A DNA stretch of 24,000 nucleotides from Phaeospirillum sp. (GTDB taxonomy: Bacteria; Pseudomonadota; Alphaproteobacteria; Rhodospirillales; Magnetospirillaceae), in assembly GCA_030651575.1 (NCBI GenBank), contig JAUSFB010000032.1, positions 1 to 24,000 of the forward strand, read 5' to 3'. Below the pieces are notes generated by a model that was given only the letters and a program-made list of their open reading frames with translations, was not told the origin of the DNA and searched no databases. Shown here in pieces: positions 18,810 to 24,000 of this stretch. How positions within the stretch are numbered: position 1 is the stretch's first letter; each line of letters begins with the position of its first letter. The position numbers and the translations under genes were made by a program.

Positions 18810-19643
18810 ATGGCCATCATGTGGAGTGAGATGATGAGCGTCGGCGTGCCGGTGCTCGATTCCGACCACAAGACCCTTGTCGGGCTGATCAACCTGCTGC
18901 AACGCTCCATCGGCGACCCCGAGGAATACGTCGCCGTCTACAGCGTGCTGGGGTCGCTGGAGGAATATGCCGCCCATCATTTTACCCGCGAGGAGAAGAT
19001 GATGGTGGCCAGCCGCTGCCCGCAACTGGGCCAGCACCGGCAGTCCCACGAGGGGTTCGCCGAGCAGGTTCGCAATCTGAAGAACCGCTACGAGAGTAAT
19101 CCGACCAGCGTCCGCGCCCGTGATTGCCTCGGATTTCTCAACGACTGGCTGGTCAACCACATCTGTAGTACCGATATGAACTATCGGGCCTGGGTGGTTG
19201 GCCATGTGGACGCCATGGCGTCGGGGCAGGATCTCGTTGAAGAGGAAAGCGGCGGCGCCGATTGGCGACGCCTCAAGATTCTGGTGGTCGATGACAATCT
19301 GAATTTCTGTGAAATCCTGGGCGCTATTCTCCAAAGCGTCGGAATCTCCAGTATCTCCGTGGTCAATGATCTGGCCGCCGCGAAATCGGCCCTGATCGGT
19401 CAGAATATCGATCTCCTTATTTCTGACTGGCATGTGGGGGTGGAAAGCGGTCTGGACCTGGTGAAATGGCTCCGTCAGGGGCCTTTGCCATTGGCGTCGC
19501 TGCCGGTGCTGATGCTGTCGGGGCACGAGCGCATGATCAATCGCGACATCGCTCTGCTGGCCGGAGCCGATGAGTTCATGGAAAAGCCGATTTCGGCGCG
19601 GGGGTTGCTGATCTGTCTGGCGCGACTGGCGGCCCGACAGTAA
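18810..19643 (+). CDS. Hemerythrin-like metal-binding domain fused to a CheY-like receiver domain (no recognisable output domain)
   Basis: Residues ~1-135 form a bacteriohemerythrin pattern: W.....VGV..LD.DHK.L, then HF.REE, then H...HE.F, then FL.DWL.NHI...D. Residues ~155-277 form the REC domain: KILVVDD, the phospho-acceptor context LLISDWHV, LMLSGH and FMEKP. Confidence 0.8.
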   Translation: MAIMWSEMMSVGVPVLDSDHKTLVGLINLLQRSIGDPEEYVAVYSVLGSLEEYAAHHFTREEKMMVASRCPQLGQHRQSHEGFAEQVRNLKNRYESNPTSVRARDCLGFLNDWLVNHICSTDMNYRAWVVGHVDAMASGQDLVEEESGGADWRRLKILVVDDNLNFCEILGAILQSVGISSISVVNDLAAAKSALIGQNIDLLISDWHVGVESGLDLVKWLRQGPLPLASLPVLMLSGHERMINRDIALLAGADEFMEKPISARGLLICLARLAARQ

Positions 19644-19662
19644 AGCGACCGGCTCTCTTTGT

Positions 19663-20436
19663 TCACCGAAGCTCCACCCAGACCGGGGTGTGATCGCTGG
19701 CTTTATCCCTGCCACGCGGGGTCTTGTCGATATCGCAGGCTACCAGCCGGTCGGCTGCCTGGGGCGACAGCAGCAGGTGGTCGATTCTCAGTCCCTGATC
19801 GCGCGGCCATGCTCCCGCCTGATAGTCCCAAAAGCTGTAGCGGCCCTTTTCCGGGTGGAGGGAGCGGAAGGCTTCGGTCAGGCCCAGATTGAGCAATTGG
19901 CGGAACAGAGCCCGGCTTTGCGGCCGGCACAGGGCGTCGTCCCGCCAGCCGGCCGGGTCGTAAACATCGTCGTCGGTGGGGCAGACATTGTAGTCGCCGG
20001 CGAGGATCACTGGGTGGTCCGAGGCCAGCAGGCCCTTGGCATGGCTCACCAGACGGTTCATCCAGCCGAGCTTGTAGTCGTATTTGTCCCCCGGCGTCGG
20101 ATTGCCGTTGGGCAGGTAGAGCGAGGCCAGCCGGATGCCGTCCACCGTCGCTTCCATATACCGTGCCTGCTCGTCGGCATCGTTGCCGGGCAGGCGGTGC
20201 ACGACGTCGATGGCGGGACGCTTGGACAGGATGGCGACGCCGTTATAACTCTTCTGGCCGTGGATGGCGGCGTGATAGCCGGCGGCCTCGATTTCGAAGA
20301 CGGGGAAGTCGTCATCCTGACACTTCGTTTCTTGTAATAGGAGAGTGTCGGGTTGAAACGAGCCCAGCCAATCCAGAAGGTTGGGAAGGCGGGCTCGGAC
20401 GGAATTGACGTTCCAGGTGGCGATGCGAATACCCAT
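19663..20436 (-). CDS. xthA: Exodeoxyribonuclease III (AP endonuclease)
   Basis: 257 aa reading MGIRIATWNVNSVRARL...LLLQETK...GDYN...RIDHLLLSP, with the C-terminal SDHTPVWVEL. These are the EEP-family XthA motifs. Confidence 0.92.
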   Translation of the reverse strand: MGIRIATWNVNSVRARLPNLLDWLGSFQPDTLLLQETKCQDDDFPVFEIEAAGYHAAIHGQKSYNGVAILSKRPAIDVVHRLPGNDADEQARYMEATVDGIRLASLYLPNGNPTPGDKYDYKLGWMNRLVSHAKGLLASDHPVILAGDYNVCPTDDDVYDPAGWRDDALCRPQSRALFRQLLNLGLTEAFRSLHPEKGRYSFWDYQAGAWPRDQGLRIDHLLLSPQAADRLVACDIDKTPRGRDKASDHTPVWVELR

Positions 20437-20592
20437 GAGTATGGGAAACTCCTGATTGCTTTGATCGAAAGGTGTAGATCAGAAAAAATTAATTTAATTT
20501 ATTTCCATTTACATTGCCGAATGACGCTCTGGTAGATATGAATGCAGACAAAGTGCGCCATGGTTATGGCATGATAATTATGGCGTGGGTGG

Positions 20593-22785
20593 ATGTTTAA
20601 GCTTCTTCGGTATTTCTCGCTGACGAGCGCGGTGGCTTTGACGGTGACGGCCGTCTTGCTGGTGATGCTGTATCGCAGCGACCAGATGGACGAGCATACC
20701 AAGATCGCCGAGGAAGAGAATGCCCGGTTGGCCACGTCCTTCGCCAATACATTTTGGCGGCAATTCTCGCCTTTCTTTTCGTCGCTGTCCGGCATTGATC
20801 CGGGGCGCGTCCGTGGGCGTGGCGAGTTTCGCGCTTTGGACATTGCCTTTGAAACCCTTACTTCCGGCTTGCCGACGCTGAAGATCAAGATTTACGGCAC
20901 TCGGGGAGCGGTTCTCTACTCGCAGGTTCGCGAGGAGATCGGCGTGATCGAATTCGATAACTCCAGGTTACTGTCATCCGCTCTTGCGGGTAAATCATCG
21001 AGCAAGATCAGCTTTCGCAACAAGATGGCGGCGAGTTTCGGCACTATTTCCGATCGCTGGGTGGTGGAAACCTACAGCCCGATCTGGTCGGACGGCGGTA
21101 AGGTGGTCGGGGTCTTGGAGCTGTATTCGGACGTCACCTCGACCATGGAGCGTCTGTGGGCCGCCACGGTGCAGCTGGCCGTAGTGATAAGCGCCCTGTT
21201 CGCGGCGCTGTACGGTGTTTTATTCCTTGTGGTCAGGCGGGCCGACCGGATTCTGACCGCCCAGCACCGGGAACTGGACGGAAGCCGGGCGGTTCTGCGC
21301 GAGAAGGAGGAACGCTTTCGCGCCATTGCCGACTACACTTTCGACTGGGAGTCCTGGCTTGATCAGGACGGGCGGCTGCAATGGGTTAATCCGGCGGTCG
21401 AGCGTCTGGCCGGCTATGCCATCGAACACTGCCTGCGGATGGATGACTATCCGCTGCCCATGGTTCATCAGGATGACCGTCCCCTGATGATGAGCATGCG
21501 GGCGGCGGCCCAGGCCGGCGATTTCCAGAACGACGTGGAGTTCCGCCTGATCTGCCGGAACGGCATCATCAAATGGGCGGTGGCGAGCTTTCAGCCGATT
21601 TTTTCCGACCAGGGAGAGCGCATGGGGTCGCGCTGGAGCATTCGCGACATCACCGATCGCAAGAAGGCCGAGCAGCGGTTGCGGGATTCCGAGTTGCGCT
21701 TCCGCACCGTGACCCTGACCGCCGCCGACGCCATCATCTCCATCGACGCCCAGGGCGTGATCATTTCGTGGAATATCGGCGCGGCGCGGATCTACGGATA
21801 TGGCGAAGAGGAGGTTTTGGGGCAGAACGTCACCCAATTGATGCCGGAATCGTTTCGCGAGCGTCATAGATCTGGTCTGTGTAGTTCGGTCGAGACCGGG
21901 CAGGCCAAGATCCTCGGGATTCCAACGCTGTTCGAGGGGCTGCGTCGCAATGGCGAGGTTTTTCCCGTCGAATTGACGCTGTCACGCTGGGAGATGGATG
22001 GGGCGCCATTCTTTACCGCCATCCTTCGCGATATTACCGAGCGTAAGGCGGCGGAGGCTGAACTGGCGCAGCGCACGGCCGATCTGGAACGCTCCAACGC
22101 TGAACTTCAGCAATTCGCCTATGTGGCGTCGCACGATCTGCAAGAGCCGCTGCGGACGGTCACCAGCTTTTTGCAACTGCTGCAACGGCGTTATGGCGAG
22201 AAATTGGATGCCGACGCCGACGAGTATATCGGCTTTGCCGTCGATGGGGCGCGGCGCATGCACCGGCTGATCATCGATCTTCTGGTGTATTCCAGGGTGA
22301 GCACCCATGGCGACAGCTTTCTTCCGGTGGACATGAACGTGCCGCTGTCGCTGGCTTTGACCAATCTGAGCGGAGCGATATCCGAATCCGGGGCTCAAAT
22401 CACTTTCGATTCGCTGCCCGTCATCGAGGCCGATGAGAATCAGATTGTCAGCCTGTTCCAGAACCTGCTTGGCAATGCCATCAAGTACCGGGCCAGGGAC
22501 GTAACGCCGCGGGTCCATGTGGGAGTGACCCCCGAGGGAGAGGGCGCCTGGACTTTTTCCGTGCGCGACAACGGGATCGGGATTGATCCCGGACAGTTCG
22601 ACCGGATATTCGTTATTTTTCAGCGCCTGCATCAGCGGGGCGAATACGAGGGGACCGGCATTGGTCTGGCGGTCACCAAGAAGATCGTCGAGCGCCATGG
22701 CGGCCGGATCTGGGTGGACTCCATCCCCGGAGAGGGAGCGACATTCCGCTTCACCTTGCCGGTGCGGCATGCGCGCAAGGCTTAG
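20593..22785 (+). CDS. Membrane sensor histidine kinase: TM, ~165-aa extracytoplasmic domain, TM, two PAS domains, HisKA, HATPase_c
   Basis: 730 aa. The two hydrophobic segments are LTSAVALTVTAVLLVMLY and LAVVISALFAALYGVLFLVV. The PAS repeats include EERFRAIADYTFDWESW.. and ELRFRTVTLTAADAIISID... The H box is ASHDLQEPLR, the N box LLGNAIKY, G1 DNGIGI and G2 GTGIGLAV. There is no receiver domain. Confidence 0.9.
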   Translation: MFKLLRYFSLTSAVALTVTAVLLVMLYRSDQMDEHTKIAEEENARLATSFANTFWRQFSPFFSSLSGIDPGRVRGRGEFRALDIAFETLTSGLPTLKIKIYGTRGAVLYSQVREEIGVIEFDNSRLLSSALAGKSSSKISFRNKMAASFGTISDRWVVETYSPIWSDGGKVVGVLELYSDVTSTMERLWAATVQLAVVISALFAALYGVLFLVVRRADRILTAQHRELDGSRAVLREKEERFRAIADYTFDWESWLDQDGRLQWVNPAVERLAGYAIEHCLRMDDYPLPMVHQDDRPLMMSMRAAAQAGDFQNDVEFRLICRNGIIKWAVASFQPIFSDQGERMGSRWSIRDITDRKKAEQRLRDSELRFRTVTLTAADAIISIDAQGVIISWNIGAARIYGYGEEEVLGQNVTQLMPESFRERHRSGLCSSVETGQAKILGIPTLFEGLRRNGEVFPVELTLSRWEMDGAPFFTAILRDITERKAAEAELAQRTADLERSNAELQQFAYVASHDLQEPLRTVTSFLQLLQRRYGEKLDADADEYIGFAVDGARRMHRLIIDLLVYSRVSTHGDSFLPVDMNVPLSLALTNLSGAISESGAQITFDSLPVIEADENQIVSLFQNLLGNAIKYRARDVTPRVHVGVTPEGEGAWTFSVRDNGIGIDPGQFDRIFVIFQRLHQRGEYEGTGIGLAVTKKIVERHGGRIWVDSIPGEGATFRFTLPVRHARKA

Positions 22786-23437
22786 CGCCGTTTCGGCGGC
22801 CTGTCTGCTTGCCGCGTCAAGCGCCATGGCGGAGAGCTGCCCGCCGCAACGAGCCGTTGTTCCCAGCCGCAGCGTCACCCTGGCAATCGGAACCGCCACG
22901 CCGATCTATAGCGGCGAATACAACCGCGTCCATCTGACCACCCTGGCCGGACGGGACGGCGCCGGCGCCGGTCGCCTCAACACCGGCTTGACGCGGAGTT
23001 TGGCCGAGGTGAGGCTTACGCCCCAGGTCTGGGAGATCAATCTGGGAGGGGGGCGCCATTGCATCGGGCTGGGGCGGGTGGAGGCCCATTGGACGATCAA
23101 CGAATTGCTGGTCTATATCGCCTCCGAATACCCGCCCGGCGGCTGTAATTACCGGGCCATCCGCGAGCATGAGGACGAGCACGTCGCTTTTGCCCTCGCC
23201 ATCTACAAGGCCTGGACGCCGCGCGTCGAGGCGGCGCTGCGCGACGCGGTGGCGCGGATCAAGCCGGAGGTCTTCACCGGTGATACAAGGCAGGTCTCCA
23301 AGGACATCACCGCCCGCCTGATGCGGGGGTTGCAGCCGACAATCGACGGATTTCGCGCCGAATTGGGGGCTCACAACGCCAGCATCGACACCGCCCAGAA
23401 CTATCGGCTGGTCAACAGCCGTTGTCCAAAGTGGTGA
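22769..23437 (+). CDS. Secreted hypothetical protein with an HExxH motif (possible DUF922/COG5661-like zinc-dependent protease)
   Basis: 222 aa from the ATG at 22769, which overlaps the kinase 3' end by 17 nt. The signal peptide MRARLSAVSAACLLAASSAMA has an A-x-A cleavage site. There are four Cys in the mature part, and HEDEH is encoded at 23168-23182. The track's earlier start at 22583 lies deep inside the kinase. The family assignment is from memory only. Confidence 0.55.
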   Translation: MRARLSAVSAACLLAASSAMAESCPPQRAVVPSRSVTLAIGTATPIYSGEYNRVHLTTLAGRDGAGAGRLNTGLTRSLAEVRLTPQVWEINLGGGRHCIGLGRVEAHWTINELLVYIASEYPPGGCNYRAIREHEDEHVAFALAIYKAWTPRVEAALRDAVARIKPEVFTGDTRQVSKDITARLMRGLQPTIDGFRAELGAHNASIDTAQNYRLVNSRCPKW

Positions 23438-23438
23438 T

Positions 23439-23792
23439 CTAGACCGAGAATGAACTGCCGCAGCCGCAGGTGGACGAGGCGTTGGGGTTCTTGATCTGAA
23501 AGGATGAGCCCACCAGATCCTCGACGAAATCCACCATGGAGCCGTCCAACAGGTCCAGCGAGGTCTGATCGATCACCAGCCGGATGCCGTGATCTTCAAA
23601 GATCCGGTCCTCGTCGCCGATCTTGTCGTCCAGCGAAATGCCGTACTGAAAGCCGGAACAGCCGCCGCCGGAAACGCCGACGCGCAGCATCATGTTCGGC
23701 TTGCCTTCCATCTTGATCAGGTTCAAGACCCGCGTCGCCGCGCTTTCGGTGACGCCGACGCGCGCCGCGTAATTGTGTTCCGTCTCGGCCAT
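23439..23792 (-). CDS. erpA: Iron-sulfur cluster insertion protein ErpA (A-type carrier, IscA family)
   Basis: 117 aa from the ATG at 23792 (MAETEHNY..). Signature blocks are LRVGVSGGGCSGFQYG and the C-terminal NPNASSTCGCGSSFSV. The track ORF is extended 20 codons upstream. Confidence 0.9.
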   Translation of the reverse strand: MAETEHNYAARVGVTESAATRVLNLIKMEGKPNMMLRVGVSGGGCSGFQYGISLDDKIGDEDRIFEDHGIRLVIDQTSLDLLDGSMVDFVEDLVGSSFQIKNPNASSTCGCGSSFSV

Positions 23793-24000
23793 GGTCTTCC
23801 TCTTGTCAAGCAATCGGGCGGAGTTTTTCGACGATACCACCCCCGCCGTCACAAGGGGAAGGGGTGTGGGTACAATTTAGGTATGAGAATGCGTAATTCA
23901 AGTGGCCGGACAAGCGGGCGTGCCGTCGTCATGGCTTCCGGTTGCGCTCGCGCGTCTTGGCTTGTAGTGTCCCCAGCATGATCGCGATCAACGACTCCCG

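Noticed and set aside
23978-24000. Possible gene start (ATG ATC GCG ATC AAC GAC TCC ..) at the right edge
   Set aside because: Only 7 codons are visible, which gives no basis for a call.

Overview
Densely coding 24-kb window with no rRNA, tRNA or CRISPR array found by eye. It reads as two compositionally different blocks.

Block A (1 to ~16.9 kb) has moderate GC, mixed third codon positions and A/T-rich spacers. Its gene order is housekeeping synteny typical of Beta/Gammaproteobacteria:
- a partial IS5-family end at the left edge, then nudB
- a structured 220-nt spacer
- barstar plus a signal-peptide-bearing barnase/RNase-Sa-type ribonuclease, then aspS, a DUF502 protein and an FmdB zinc ribbon (all on the minus strand)
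- mlaF-E-D-C-B, ibaG, murA and a MutT/ThiE-like fusion (plus strand)
- yacG, zapD, coaE, pilD, pilC, a CNNM/CorC-type transporter and lgt (minus strand)

Block B (16,947 to 24,000) begins at the ilvD start codon. It is GC3-saturated, favours GCC/GGC/ATC codons and carries long antisense shadow ORFs. It encodes ilvD, a hemerythrin-receiver fusion protein, xthA, a membrane PAS-PAS histidine kinase whose 3' end overlaps a secreted HExxH protein, and erpA. Its gene content has an alphaproteobacterial (Rhodospirillales-like) flavour.

I do not see a clearly novel multi-gene system such as a defence island. The observations most worth a second look are:
1. the abrupt A/B discontinuity at the lgt-ilvD spacer, which is either a chimera or a large replacement
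2. an iteron-like inverted repeat array sitting on that boundary
3. the hemerythrin-REC protein, orphan kinase and overlapping secreted HExxH protein
4. the RNase/barstar cassette wedged between aspS and nudB, with a 15-bp long-range inverted repeat joining the barstar stop codon to the nudB ribosome-binding site
5. several large palindromic intergenic elements (mlaB-ibaG and pilC-pilD)

All functional calls come from reading the translated ORFs against remembered family signatures. No database search was run.
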